From contig JAXLYU010000014.1 of assembly GCA_046351255.1 (NCBI GenBank), positions 123,730 through 187,729 on the forward strand: DNA of 64,000 nucleotides, given 5' to 3'. The translations under genes and the position numbers were made by a program. Source of the stretch: Labilithrix sp. Lineage in GTDB: Bacteria > Myxococcota_A > Polyangia > Polyangiales > Polyangiaceae. This document shows, piece after piece, positions 18,498-27,660 of this stretch; the stretch's first letter is position 1; every line of letters starts with the position of its first letter. The notes under the pieces were generated by a model, which was given only the letters and a program-made list of their open reading frames with translations, had not been told where the DNA came from and made no database searches.

Positions 18498-19649
18498 TCA
18501 GGGAGTGGCGGGGGCGCGGACGGAGATCGCCCAGCCCATGCGCTCGTGGCCGAACTGGTTCCACTGGGGGTTCTTGCCGTTCACGACCTGGGCCGCCGTG
18601 AAGTCGGGCGCGCCTCGGCCGGTGCCGGGCGACACCGTGTTGCCGAAATACGTCGGGTGCGTGTCGTCCGTGAACATGTAGTCCGCGGTCCCGCTGGTCG
18701 AGACGCCATGCGTGTTCGAGTCGTGCACCGTCGAGCGGAGCGTCACCGTGATGCGCTTGAGGTACTGCGCCTCCGTCTCGCTCGGGTCGAAGCGGAGCGC
18801 GGCGGAGTCGACCTTGCCGTCGCCGTTCGTGTCGTAGTCGGCGCCCATGAACTCGGCGAACGCGTCGACGCAGTCGAAGCCGTAGCGCTTCGCCAGCGTG
18901 CACGCCTGCCAGTTCGAGTGCGCCATGTACGGGAGGAGCGTCTGCTGGATGTTGATGCGCTGGCCGGCGGCGTCGGTGCAGCGCGCCTGCGTGTCGTCGG
19001 CGGCGAAGCCCGGGTAATAGAGGTTCACGACCGCCCTGTGCTTGGCGGTCGTCGCGGCGGCGTTGATCTTCTGCATCGCCGCTTCCATGCTGCGGACGCA
19101 GCCGGCGAGCGCGTCGTCGAGGCCGGAGAGATCGCAGCTCCCCGTGTCGTTGCGGAGCTTCGTGCGCGCCTGGAGGTAGTCGTTGCCGCACATCTCGAAG
19201 TAAACGGCGCGTGTGCTCGCGTCGGCCATGTAGCTCCGGTCGGAGTCGACGATGCCCACGATCTCGCTCGAGAGGGCGCCGCTCGTCGTGCGGCGGACCA
19301 CCTCCACGTTCGCGCCCCAGCGATGTGCGAGGTACTCGCCGGCGACGTGCGGGCCGGAGCGACGCGCGACGGTGAAGATCGAGCGCTGGTAGCCGGCGAA
19401 GATCGAGTCTCCGTAGGCGACGACCCGGTAGGTCTTCGACGCGCCCATGTCGATCGTCCACGTCGTGTTCTGCGCCAGCGAGATCTCCTCACCGCTGCCG
19501 ATGTCGAGCTCCGGGTCGGACGCCGAGCCGTTCGTCACGGCCGACGCGCCCGCCCCTGCGTCCTCGCCCGGGGCGGCGCACGCAGAGACGAGGGCGGCGC
19601 TGACCACGAAGGAGACACCGAACCAGAGCTTTTCCCGCATGCGGCGCAT
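18498..19649 (-). CDS. SGNH/GDSL-family hydrolase lipoprotein
   Basis: RVVAYGDSIFAG (GDSx block I with catalytic Ser), signal/lipobox LVSACAAPG; C-terminal DxxH-like block DDTHPT; start at the internal Met of a 661-codon artefactually long ORF. Confidence 0.7.
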   Translation of the reverse strand: MRRMREKLWFGVSFVVSAALVSACAAPGEDAGAGASAVTNGSASDPELDIGSGEEISLAQNTTWTIDMGASKTYRVVAYGDSIFAGYQRSIFTVARRSGPHVAGEYLAHRWGANVEVVRRTTSGALSSEIVGIVDSDRSYMADASTRAVYFEMCGNDYLQARTKLRNDTGSCDLSGLDDALAGCVRSMEAAMQKINAAATTAKHRAVVNLYYPGFAADDTQARCTDAAGQRINIQQTLLPYMAHSNWQACTLAKRYGFDCVDAFAEFMGADYDTNGDGKVDSAALRFDPSETEAQYLKRITVTLRSTVHDSNTHGVSTSGTADYMFTDDTHPTYFGNTVSPGTGRGAPDFTAAQVVNGKNPQWNQFGHERMGWAISVRAPATP

Positions 19650-19814
19650 CCTCCTCCGGAAAACACCCTCGATGCGAGAGGTGGCAATCTCGAGACGGGA
19701 ACCAGACGAAGGGGCGGCTGGGCGTATTGAGACGCTCATTTTACGCTCGAATTGCGGCTTTGCAGGGGTGGGGGAACTGGCGCCACTCCCGAATTGCGCT
19801 ACGAGGGAGCCGCC

Positions 19815-20486
19815 ATGACGCGCCTCGGCTCTGCTGGCCTGCTCCTCGCGACGCTCATTGCTGGTGGCTGCGCCGCCACCGCCGGGGACGGCACCGGCTC
19901 GAGCGAAGACAGCATCCATCTCGGTCGCCCGCTCGATGGCGGCAGTGACGCGGCCGCGACCACGGACGGCGCGCCCAGCGATCCGAGCGACGGCGGAGCG
20001 CCCGACGACGACGCGGCCGTCCACGAGGCCGACGCCGCGCCGCCCGGCCCGCCCGGACCCACCACCACGACGTTCGGGGCGAAGCTCGCCTCGATCGGGC
20101 TCGACGTGAACAACCTGCCCGCGCTGCACGATCTCCCGATGGGGCAGAAGATGAAGGTGATGCGCACCTTCAACGAGTCCATGGGCATCAGCTGCAACTC
20201 CTGCCACGACGTGTCGGACTACGCGAAGCCGACGAAGCAGAAGGAGGTCGCGTCGGAGGGCTGGGAGCTCATCAGCCGCACCCTCACGATGGCGGACGGC
20301 GGCGCGCTCTATTGCGACAGCTGCCACCATGGCAAGTTCGAGTTCCTCGATCACTCCGCTGGCTTCGACGGCATCGCGGCCTGGATGCAGACGAACTTCG
20401 TCGAGCAGATCAAGACGAAGAGCGGCGACCCGATGGCATGCACGACCTGCCACAAGAACGGGCCGCCCGGCGGCGCGACCCACTGA
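19815..20486 (+). CDS. Tri-haem c-type cytochrome lipoprotein (photosynthetic-reaction-centre cytochrome c subunit-like family)
   Basis: Three CxxCH motifs (CNSCH, CDSCHH, CTTCH); signal plus lipobox LIAGGCAA. Confidence 0.7.
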   Translation: MTRLGSAGLLLATLIAGGCAATAGDGTGSSEDSIHLGRPLDGGSDAAATTDGAPSDPSDGGAPDDDAAVHEADAAPPGPPGPTTTTFGAKLASIGLDVNNLPALHDLPMGQKMKVMRTFNESMGISCNSCHDVSDYAKPTKQKEVASEGWELISRTLTMADGGALYCDSCHHGKFEFLDHSAGFDGIAAWMQTNFVEQIKTKSGDPMACTTCHKNGPPGGATH

Positions 20487-20500
20487 GCCAGCCCGGCCTC

Positions 20501-20516
20501 GTCACGCTCGCGTGAC
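20501..20516. promoter_or_regulatory. Inverted repeat GTCACGC-tc-GCGTGAC between the cytochrome gene and the next gene
   Basis: 7 bp perfect arms read directly, 15 nt after the stop codon. Confidence 0.2.
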
Positions 20517-20607
20517 AGCGCCCGTACGCGCGTGATCCACCGCATACGCGCCAGGTACCGGAAATCAGACGGTTTCGCGCGGCATCCCTCATGCACCTAC
20601 ACCGTGC

Positions 20608-21708
20608 ATGATCACGAAGAAGCTCGTCGCCCTCCTTCCCATCCTCGCCATCGGCTGCGCCGGCGGAACGGACGACGCGGACTCTGCACAGCAGGACCTC
20701 GGGGCAGGCGCGGGGGTGCAATTCACGACGTCGGTCGGTGCGGTCGTCGTCGATGGCAAGCGCCTCTGCACGGCGGCGCTCGTCGACGTCGACGCGGCCG
20801 CGTGGGCAGGGAAGGCCTCGCTCAGCGGACGACAGATCGTGATCGGTGGCGCGTGCGTCGGCAAGCTCCACGACGGGATGAGCGGCGCGGCGGCCTTCGT
20901 GATCTCGAAGAACAACGTGTCGCTCGCGACGCCCATCGTGACCTTCGACTTCGAGAGCCAGGCCGCGGCCGGGCTCGCGGTGGGCATCCTGTCGAATCGG
21001 CCCGCCGACACGAAGCCGATGAAGCTCTACGGCGCGGATGGCACCGTGACCGGCGGCGCGTCGGTCGGGACCGTGCTCCGCGCGGACGAGAACGGCGTCC
21101 TCGTCGCGGCCGGCGTGTCCGTCAACACGGGCGCCGAGTTCAACCTCGTCACGCAGTGCAGCGAGCTCCACTTCAAGGCCGCCGCCGGCGCCACCGTCGC
21201 GGCCGGCTTCGAGGCGTCGGACGACGGGCTCGGCGCCGCCGCCCTCGTGCAGGTGAACGGCGAGCTCCGCTTCGCGGCCTCGATCGACGCGGGCTGCGTG
21301 GTGCGAAAGATCAGCGGCGCGATCCAGCACCTCGCGCGGCATGCGCTCGAGGTGTGCGCGGAGCTCGAGGACCGGCTCATCCAGGCGGGGCAAGGAGAGC
21401 AGATCGCGGTCTACGAGCAGACCTCGACCACGCAGCGCGTGCGCGTCCGCATCAATCACGACGCGACGACGATCCAGATCGGCGCGTTCGCCAACGTGAC
21501 CGCGAAGGCGATCGGCATCCGGACCTTCGACGAGACGGGACCCCACGCGGACACGGAGTGCGCGATGATCGCCGGCCAGTGCGAGATTCGTCCCATCGTG
21601 GGCGGCACGGGCGCGCCGCGCGGCTTCAAGGCCGGGCAGTACGTGGACCTCGAGGTGACGATCCACTTCGGTCGCGACCGCGTCTTCATCGCCACGAAGA
21701 ACGACTGA
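20608..21708 (+). CDS. Hypothetical lipoprotein
   Basis: MITKKLVALLPILAIGCAGG lipobox; 366 aa Ala/Gly/Val-rich beta protein. Confidence 0.55.
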   Translation: MITKKLVALLPILAIGCAGGTDDADSAQQDLGAGAGVQFTTSVGAVVVDGKRLCTAALVDVDAAAWAGKASLSGRQIVIGGACVGKLHDGMSGAAAFVISKNNVSLATPIVTFDFESQAAAGLAVGILSNRPADTKPMKLYGADGTVTGGASVGTVLRADENGVLVAAGVSVNTGAEFNLVTQCSELHFKAAAGATVAAGFEASDDGLGAAALVQVNGELRFAASIDAGCVVRKISGAIQHLARHALEVCAELEDRLIQAGQGEQIAVYEQTSTTQRVRVRINHDATTIQIGAFANVTAKAIGIRTFDETGPHADTECAMIAGQCEIRPIVGGTGAPRGFKAGQYVDLEVTIHFGRDRVFIATKND

Positions 21709-21736
21709 GCGCTCGTGGGCGGTCGAGCTTGACCCG

Positions 21737-22195
21737 CTACGCCACCGTGTTGAGCGAGACGGAGTGGAAGATCGCTCTCGCGGGGCGCGTGTCCATCGAC
21801 TCGAGGCGCCACCCGAAGCCCCCGAAGCCGAAGGTGGCGTCGATGCACGCGCCCACGTGGTGACCGTTGATGAAGATCTGGTGAATGGAGTCGGCGCAGC
21901 GGAAGGTGGCGACGTAGCGCGTGTAATCGATGACGCGATAGAACGGGACGGAGACGAGCGCGCCGTCCCGCGTGGCGTCGAAGCGCGTGCCGTCGCTCGT
22001 CGCGCCGTGGAGCGCGAGCTGCCCCGGCAGCGGAAACGCGGTGAGGTCGAAGTAGAGGAGCGGCGCGCCGGGCCGTATGAACGGATGCTTGGGGCGGACC
22101 CCTCCGTCGAACCAGTCGAACGAGACCTGGCACTCCTCGCAGCGCGCTTGCCCCCGCGTGACCGGCGCATGGCAGGTCGGGCAGCTCTCCGTCAT
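21737..22195 (-). CDS. Hypothetical protein with N-terminal zinc-ribbon (CPTC...CEEC)
   Basis: MTESCPTCHAPVTRGQARCEECQ four-Cys ribbon; 152 aa. Confidence 0.5.
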   Translation of the reverse strand: MTESCPTCHAPVTRGQARCEECQVSFDWFDGGVRPKHPFIRPGAPLLYFDLTAFPLPGQLALHGATSDGTRFDATRDGALVSVPFYRVIDYTRYVATFRCADSIHQIFINGHHVGACIDATFGFGGFGWRLESMDTRPARAIFHSVSLNTVA

Positions 22196-22242
22196 CAGGG
22201 ACAGCAGACCGTAACCGCGGCCGTCGGATCAACCACCGCGGA

Positions 22243-22854
22243 CTACTTCCTCGTTCCCGTCGTCGAGAAGGTGAGCGTGCAGGGCAGGCCCTTGCCGCCG
22301 GCGGGGTCGCTGTCGATCGTGCCGACGTTCTTGATCGTCGCCTTGTCGCCTTCGATCGTGACCGTCTGCGTCTGCTTCAGGACGATGTTCACGGGGTTGC
22401 CGTCGTCGTCCTTCGCGCTGCCCGTGATCGGCTCGAGGTCGCTCGAGAGGACGCACTTCGCAGCGTCGAGCGTGAACGACTCGATCGGCGCCATCGCGTC
22501 GTCGACGTCCGTCTGCGAGTACGTGCCGTCCGCCTCCTTCGCGTACTTGTAATTGAGCGCGGGGGCTTGCTCGTTGCTCTGCTTCGCGAGCTGATCGCAC
22601 ACCTTGCCGCCGTTGCTCACGTAGACGAGCTTCGCGAACGCGAAGGTGCCGAGCACGTCGCAGCTCGATCCGCCGCTGCTGCTCGATCCGCCGCTGCTGC
22701 TCGACGACGAGGAGCTGCTGCTCGTGCTGCCGCTGCTGGAGCTGGTGCTCGAGCCGTCGGTGTCGTCGCTGCTGCTGCATGCCCCCGTCCCCACGAGCAC
22801 GAAGCCGCTCAAGGCCACGACGCTGTTTCGCGCAAACCGACGTGCCACGCGCAT
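22243..22854 (-). CDS. Hypothetical lipoprotein with poly-Ser linker
   Basis: MRVARRFARNSVVALSGFVLVGTGACSSS signal/lipobox followed by about 40 residues of S/G/T and a globular C-terminal domain. Confidence 0.55.
   Translation of the reverse strand: MRVARRFARNSVVALSGFVLVGTGACSSSDDTDGSSTSSSSGSTSSSSSSSSSSGGSSSSGGSSCDVLGTFAFAKLVYVSNGGKVCDQLAKQSNEQAPALNYKYAKEADGTYSQTDVDDAMAPIESFTLDAAKCVLSSDLEPITGSAKDDDGNPVNIVLKQTQTVTIEGDKATIKNVGTIDSDPAGGKGLPCTLTFSTTGTRK
22664..22800. repeat. Tandem 18-nt repeat (GCTCGATCCGCCGCTGCT)n and AGC/GCT-rich tract encoding the poly-Ser linker
   Basis: gctcgatccgccgctgctgctcgatccgccgctgctgctcga... read directly. Confidence 0.6.
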
Positions 22855-23148
22855 CCCCATCACCTCCCGGACAAGGCTGCAGTAGCTCGCCCGTATGTGC
22901 AAGCTCGCTGCGAGCGATGCGCCGCCGTCGCCGTTCATGTCGGCGCTGCACGACGTCAAGCAGGCCGCGTCGCGACACACGAACGAGCCGCAGGGGACGG
23001 GATGCGACGCCGATCCATGAAATGTGTATGATGCACCGATCTGAGCCGGGCGAGGTGACGAGCTCCAGGCCGCCTCCGGGAGCGTCCCGCCCGCGTCGCG
23101 ACGGCGCGCCGACGCGGATCGACGCTGGCGGTGAAGTCATTTCTTGCG

Positions 23149-23841
23149 CTACGGCTTCGAAACGCAGGCGTGGACCTTGTGGTCGCCGTCCGTACCCTTC
23201 ACGGCGATGAGCTCGCACTTGTCCGTCGCCTTGCACTCGTTGCCCTTGAGGCACTGGCGGAGGCACGGGCTGTCCTCCTTTCGCTGGACGTAGCCGGGGC
23301 GGCAGTTGCCCCAGAGGCCCTTCGACGCCGGCCCCGTGCTCTTCAGCGTGGTCGCCGTGGTGGGGCGGCGCGCGACCTCCACGACCTTCTCCGAGGAAGG
23401 CTCTCCGTCGACGCCCGTCGTGCGCGTGACGACGAGCGCGCCGCTCGCGAGCTTTGCGGTGAAGAAGTTGTAGGCGGGGGTGCCCCCGCAGACGAATTCG
23501 CTCGAGGTGGCCACGCCCTTCTGCATCGCGCAGGCCTCCACCGTCCCCGAGGGCTCCGAGTCGGCGGTGGCGTCGAGCTCGCCGAGCGCGATGGTCTGTC
23601 CGGCGGTGATGACGGAGACCGCCACGTGCGCGTTCGCGGCGTTCGTGGCCTTCCACGTGAGCGTGAGCACGCCATTCTCGGCGGCGAGCGAGGAGGCCGA
23701 GGTCACCGGGGTCACGGCCGACGGCGCCGGCGCCGGTGCCGACGCCGGCGGCGGCGCGCTCGCGTCGGGCACCGGCTCGGTGGTCTTCGTGGTGTCTTTG
23801 CAGGCGGCGATGAGGAGCAGGCAGGTGAGCCAGCGGCGCAT
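23149..23841 (-). CDS. Hypothetical lipoprotein with Cys-rich C-terminus
   Basis: MRRWLTCLLLIAACKD lipobox; Pro/Ala linker; C-terminal CRPGYVQRKEDSPCLRQCLKGNECKATDKCE. Confidence 0.55.
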   Translation of the reverse strand: MRRWLTCLLLIAACKDTTKTTEPVPDASAPPPASAPAPAPSAVTPVTSASSLAAENGVLTLTWKATNAANAHVAVSVITAGQTIALGELDATADSEPSGTVEACAMQKGVATSSEFVCGGTPAYNFFTAKLASGALVVTRTTGVDGEPSSEKVVEVARRPTTATTLKSTGPASKGLWGNCRPGYVQRKEDSPCLRQCLKGNECKATDKCELIAVKGTDGDHKVHACVSKP

Positions 23842-23855
23842 CGTGGCAGGCTACC

Positions 23856-24368
23856 TCAATCGGCGGCCTTCGATTTCGCGCGACGGCGGTGGTGCTTCGG
23901 CGCCGGCTTCTCCGGCGCCTTCTCCGACGCGGCCGGCTTGGCCTCCTCCTTCGGTTTGTCCGAGGCGGCGGGGGCGGGGAGCGACGCGGCGGGCGCCGGG
24001 GGAGGGGGCGCGACGGCGGCGGCGGCGGGCTTGTCGTCCTTCGGCTTCGGCGCCGGCTCGCTCGGGCTCCGTGCGATCACGACGGCGGCGATGGCGAGAC
24101 CGACCGCGACCACGACGCCGAAGATCTTGCCGCGCTGGCGCCGGCTCTCTCCGTCCGGATCTTCGGTGATGCCGAACGACGACATCGAGAACGACGAGGC
24201 CGGCTGCTCCGACGCGCGGATCGAGACCGCGGCGGGCATCAGGCTCGGCGAGTGATCGGCGACCGTGGTGGGCGGATCGTCTCCGGCGTGATCGGGAAAC
24301 ATCCCGGTGTCGCGGCCGACGCCGCGCGCGACGAAATCCATGTGCGTGTGCCAGACCTCGGTTTTCAT
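23856..24368 (-). CDS. Single-pass membrane protein with Pro/Ala/Lys-rich tail
   Basis: TM helix IFGVVVAVGLAIAAVVIA followed by PAPKPKDDKPAAAAVAPPPPAPAAS...KHHRRRAKSK; internal Met start. Confidence 0.45.
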   Translation of the reverse strand: MKTEVWHTHMDFVARGVGRDTGMFPDHAGDDPPTTVADHSPSLMPAAVSIRASEQPASSFSMSSFGITEDPDGESRRQRGKIFGVVVAVGLAIAAVVIARSPSEPAPKPKDDKPAAAAVAPPPPAPAASLPAPAASDKPKEEAKPAASEKAPEKPAPKHHRRRAKSKAAD

Positions 24369-24458
24369 CTGCGCGCGTTCTACGGCGTCCGCCGCAAAAG
24401 ACGCCTGAAAGCAGCGCTGAGACTTCGCGAGGACACGCGCGGCGCGCGATGATTGCAG

Positions 24459-24485
24459 CACCAACGAATTGTTTCGTTCGTGGTG
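24459..24485. promoter_or_regulatory. Imperfect palindrome CACCAACGAAttgtTTCGTtcgTGGTG in an AT-richer divergent promoter region
   Basis: Nested 5 bp inverted repeats read directly between divergent genes (23856-24368 minus, 24633-25400 plus). Confidence 0.25.
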
Positions 24486-24632
24486 TTGCGCCGAGCGCTC
24501 GCTGGCCGAGGGCCTGGCCAGCTACCCCTCGGACTGTCCCAACCTTCGGACACCAGCATTGCGCAGCAGGCGCGTGATTTCGTGGCGTTAGGGGCCCGCC
24601 TACCTCGGCATACGATGTGCGTGCGCGCGGGC

Positions 24633-25400
24633 ATGCCTTTCCTCCGCGCTGCCTCTCTCTCCTTCTTCATCCTTGCCGCCGGCTGCTCCGCCGGGCCCGA
24701 GACGAGCACCGCTCCGAGCGACGTCATCGGAGGCGTCTCGACGACGGACTTTCCGGACGTCGGGCAGATCACCTCCGGCTGCACGGCGACGCTCATTCAT
24801 CCGCGCGCGATGCTCACCGCTTCGCACTGCTGCCAGCGGGAGACGAGCTGCAAGAAGGTGAAGATCGGCGGTCGGACGATCGGCACCACCGCGACCAATC
24901 ATCCCGACTTCGTCGTCGCCCCGGAGGGAGGCATCACGCCGAGCGTCGACGTGTCGATCCTCGTCCTCGACGAGCGCGTCGACGACATCGCGCCGCGACG
25001 CCTCGCCGTGACGCCGCCTGCGACGGGGCGGCCGATCGTGTTCGTCGGCTTCGGCTGCAGCGCGTTCGGCGGCGCCGGATACGGCACGAAGCGGACGGGG
25101 ACGAACGAGATCGACTTCTTCGGGGCCAACGTCGACGGCGCCGATCAGGCTCGCTTCGCCCACACGTTCGGCTGGCACTCGAAGCCGCTCGCTTCGCTCG
25201 ATGGAGGCACGCCCAACGACGACGCCAACATCTGCCCCGGCGACTCGGGAGGGCCCACGTTCTGGCAGGAGGACGGCAAGGCCGTGCTCGCCGGCGTTCA
25301 CACGCTCGTCGGTCCGACGTTCGGCTACTCGTGCCAGGTGAGCGAGAACCGCGCGTGGATCGACAGCCAGCTCGCGAAGCTCGAGCCCGTGCGCGACTGA
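24633..25400 (+). CDS. Trypsin-like serine protease (S1 family), secreted lipoprotein
   Basis: TASHC (catalytic His), DVSILVLDE (Asp), GDSGGP (catalytic Ser); signal FFILAAGCSAG. Confidence 0.8.
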   Translation: MPFLRAASLSFFILAAGCSAGPETSTAPSDVIGGVSTTDFPDVGQITSGCTATLIHPRAMLTASHCCQRETSCKKVKIGGRTIGTTATNHPDFVVAPEGGITPSVDVSILVLDERVDDIAPRRLAVTPPATGRPIVFVGFGCSAFGGAGYGTKRTGTNEIDFFGANVDGADQARFAHTFGWHSKPLASLDGGTPNDDANICPGDSGGPTFWQEDGKAVLAGVHTLVGPTFGYSCQVSENRAWIDSQLAKLEPVRD

Positions 25401-25404
25401 GCCT

Positions 25405-26142
25405 TCAACGCAGGTAGAGCCACGTGATGGCTCCGGCGACGGCGAGAAGTCCGACGCCCGCGAAGACGTCGCCGACGATGAGCTTCGTACGCGCGGCATC
25501 GATATCGGACGTCGCGCAGGCACCGGTGGGCGCACAACTCGACTCGAGGTCGTCATGCTCACCGCGACCGAGGGCCCAGAGGACGCTCCCGCCCGCGACG
25601 AGCCCGAGGCCGACCGCGCCGAGCACGATCGCCGGGACGCGACTGCCGCGCTCTGCGGGGGCCGGCTTCGAGGCGGGCAGATCGGGAGCGAGATCGATCG
25701 CAAGCACGCGCGCGCGCTCCCCGTTGCCGACGACGATCCGGCGCGAGACGACGGCGCCGCCGCGTTGGACGCGCACGACATGCTCGCCAGCGTCGAGGGC
25801 GATCGGCCGCCCATCGGCCTTGTCGGCCACGCGTGCGTCGTCGACGGAGATCCGCACATCGACGATGTCGTCGCCGCGTCCGTCGCGCACTCGAACCACG
25901 ATCGTCGGGAGCTCCGTCTCGACCTCCGACAGCCAGCGCGCGCAATCCCGCCGCACGACGGCGGGACACGACTCGCGCGCACACTCGATGAGCGCGTCCC
26001 GCGCGGTACGGAGCTTGTTCTCCTGTCGCGCCCGCTGCGCTTCTTCGGCCCGATCCGCGCAGCGGTCGGCGTTGTCCGCCAGCGCCGGCGTCGCCCGTGC
26101 GAAGAGCACGACGGCGAGCGCGGCAGCAGCGAGACGCGTCAT
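25405..26142 (-). CDS. Secreted two-TM 'PEGA-like' protein, paralogue of the 46338-47270 product (module A)
   Basis: Signal peptide, Cys-bearing helical N-domain (CADRAEEA...ECARESCPAVVRRDCARW), beta-sandwich region (VVRVRDGRGDDIVDVRISVDDARV...HVVRV), Pro linker, TM, short loop with CAPTGAC, second TM; same architecture as the 46338 gene; start overlaps kinase stop. Confidence 0.55.
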   Translation of the reverse strand: MTRLAAAALAVVLFARATPALADNADRCADRAEEAQRARQENKLRTARDALIECARESCPAVVRRDCARWLSEVETELPTIVVRVRDGRGDDIVDVRISVDDARVADKADGRPIALDAGEHVVRVQRGGAVVSRRIVVGNGERARVLAIDLAPDLPASKPAPAERGSRVPAIVLGAVGLGLVAGGSVLWALGRGEHDDLESSCAPTGACATSDIDAARTKLIVGDVFAGVGLLAVAGAITWLYLR

Positions 26143-27638
26143 CGAATACAGGCACGTTTGTACCGACGCAGCCCGCTTGCGTCTACGACGAACGGCGGGT
26201 CGCACTCGTCCGTCGCATGCGCGCGCTCCGTCGTCGTCGCCGCCGGCGCCGCGCGCTTCGAGGACGTCTTCTTCGGCCTCGGCTCGGCCATCGGCGTCAC
26301 GGTCGCGAGCGGGGGCGCGGCCGGAGTCGTGGTCACGGCGTCCATCGCTTCCATCGCGGGTGGCGGTGCGAGGACGGCGGCCGAAGCCGCCGGCGCCGTC
26401 TTCGCGAACGCGACCGAGCCGCCAAACGCGGCGAGCGCGCCTGCTGCGGCAGCCGTCACGAGCGCGGCTCCGAGAAGGACCGAGCGCCGTCGGCGCGGCG
26501 GCTTCATCACCGGCGGCGGCATGACCACGGTACGCACGAGCGCCGCCCGGCCCGCGCTCGACCGCTCGGCGTGCACGATGGCCGCGGGGGCGGCGGCGGC
26601 GAGGGAGCGGCGCGTAGCGAGCGCTTCCTTGGCGAGCGACTCGACCCAGGCGGCGACCTCCGTTCGCGTCGCGACTCTCCCCTCAGCGGCGATCGACAGG
26701 GCCTCGGCCATGGTCGCCGCCGACGGGTACCGTTCGCTGGGCACGCTCGAGAGCGCGCGCATGACGATCGCGTCGAGCGCGGGCGTGACGTGCGCGGCGT
26801 GTGCGCTCGGCGCGCTCGTCGCACCGGCGAGCACGTGGCCAATGAGCTCGAGATCGGTCTCCGCGTCGAAGAGCCGCTGGTTCGCGAGAAGCTCCCAGAG
26901 CACGATACCCGCGGCGTAGACATCGCTCGCGATCGAGGCATCTCCGCCAAGCTGCTCGGGCGCCATGTAGGCCAGCTTGCCTTTGACTTGACCGTCACGG
27001 GTCTCGTGGATCCGGCCCCGGGCCTTCGCGATGCCGAAGTCGAGGACGCGCGCCACGCCGTCCGTGCCCACGATGACGTTCTGCGGTGAAACGTCACGAT
27101 GGACGATGCCGAGAGGTTCTCCCTTCTCGTCGGTCGCGCGGTGTGCCGCGTCGAGGCCGGCGAGGAGGTCGAGCCCGATCGCGATCGCGACCGCGGTCGG
27201 TGGCGCGCTCCCGGACGCGGTGAGCGCCGCGAGTGACTCTCCCTCGATGTAAGGCATCACCGCCCAGACGCGCGTGCCGTCGTCGACGAGATCGAGCGTC
27301 GGCACCACGTTCGGATGCATGATCCGACCTGCCAGCCGCGCCTCGTCGAGGAACATCGCGACGAGATCGGGATTCGAGGCGAGATGCGGATGGAGCTCCT
27401 TGATCGCGACCGCCTGGGTACAGCCCGAGGGGCCTCGACGGCGTCCAAAGCGTACGACCGCCATGCCGCCCGTTCCGATCGGGAAGCCAAGCTCGTACAT
27501 GCCGCCGGTGGTGTCGGAGACCATCGCTTCGGTCCCCGTAGCGTGGATCGTGCCGTCGATCGGGCGCCGCGGCCGGTTCATTCCACGGCGGAAAATGCCG
27601 CCTCCGCGAGCCGCCTCCTCCTCGCGGCCATCCGGCAT
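26139..27638 (-). CDS. Membrane-anchored Ser/Thr protein kinase (module A)
   Basis: YELGFPIGTGGMAVV (Gly loop), AIKEL (VAIK Lys), HRDVSPQNVIV (catalytic loop), DFGIAK (DFG), YMAPE (APE); C-terminal TM SVLLGAALVTAAAAGALAAF and Pro-rich tail. Confidence 0.85.
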   Translation of the reverse strand: MPDGREEEAARGGGIFRRGMNRPRRPIDGTIHATGTEAMVSDTTGGMYELGFPIGTGGMAVVRFGRRRGPSGCTQAVAIKELHPHLASNPDLVAMFLDEARLAGRIMHPNVVPTLDLVDDGTRVWAVMPYIEGESLAALTASGSAPPTAVAIAIGLDLLAGLDAAHRATDEKGEPLGIVHRDVSPQNVIVGTDGVARVLDFGIAKARGRIHETRDGQVKGKLAYMAPEQLGGDASIASDVYAAGIVLWELLANQRLFDAETDLELIGHVLAGATSAPSAHAAHVTPALDAIVMRALSSVPSERYPSAATMAEALSIAAEGRVATRTEVAAWVESLAKEALATRRSLAAAAPAAIVHAERSSAGRAALVRTVVMPPPVMKPPRRRRSVLLGAALVTAAAAGALAAFGGSVAFAKTAPAASAAVLAPPPAMEAMDAVTTTPAAPPLATVTPMAEPRPKKTSSKRAAPAATTTERAHATDECDPPFVVDASGLRRYKRACIR

Positions 27639-27660
27639 GGTGGATCCCTATGACCCCACC

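Noticed and set aside
20410-22232. 586 aa and 258 aa minus-strand ORFs across 20410-22232
   Set aside because: They overlap two well-formed lipoprotein genes on the plus strand and the zinc-ribbon gene. Their composition is low-complexity Arg/Ala/Ser.
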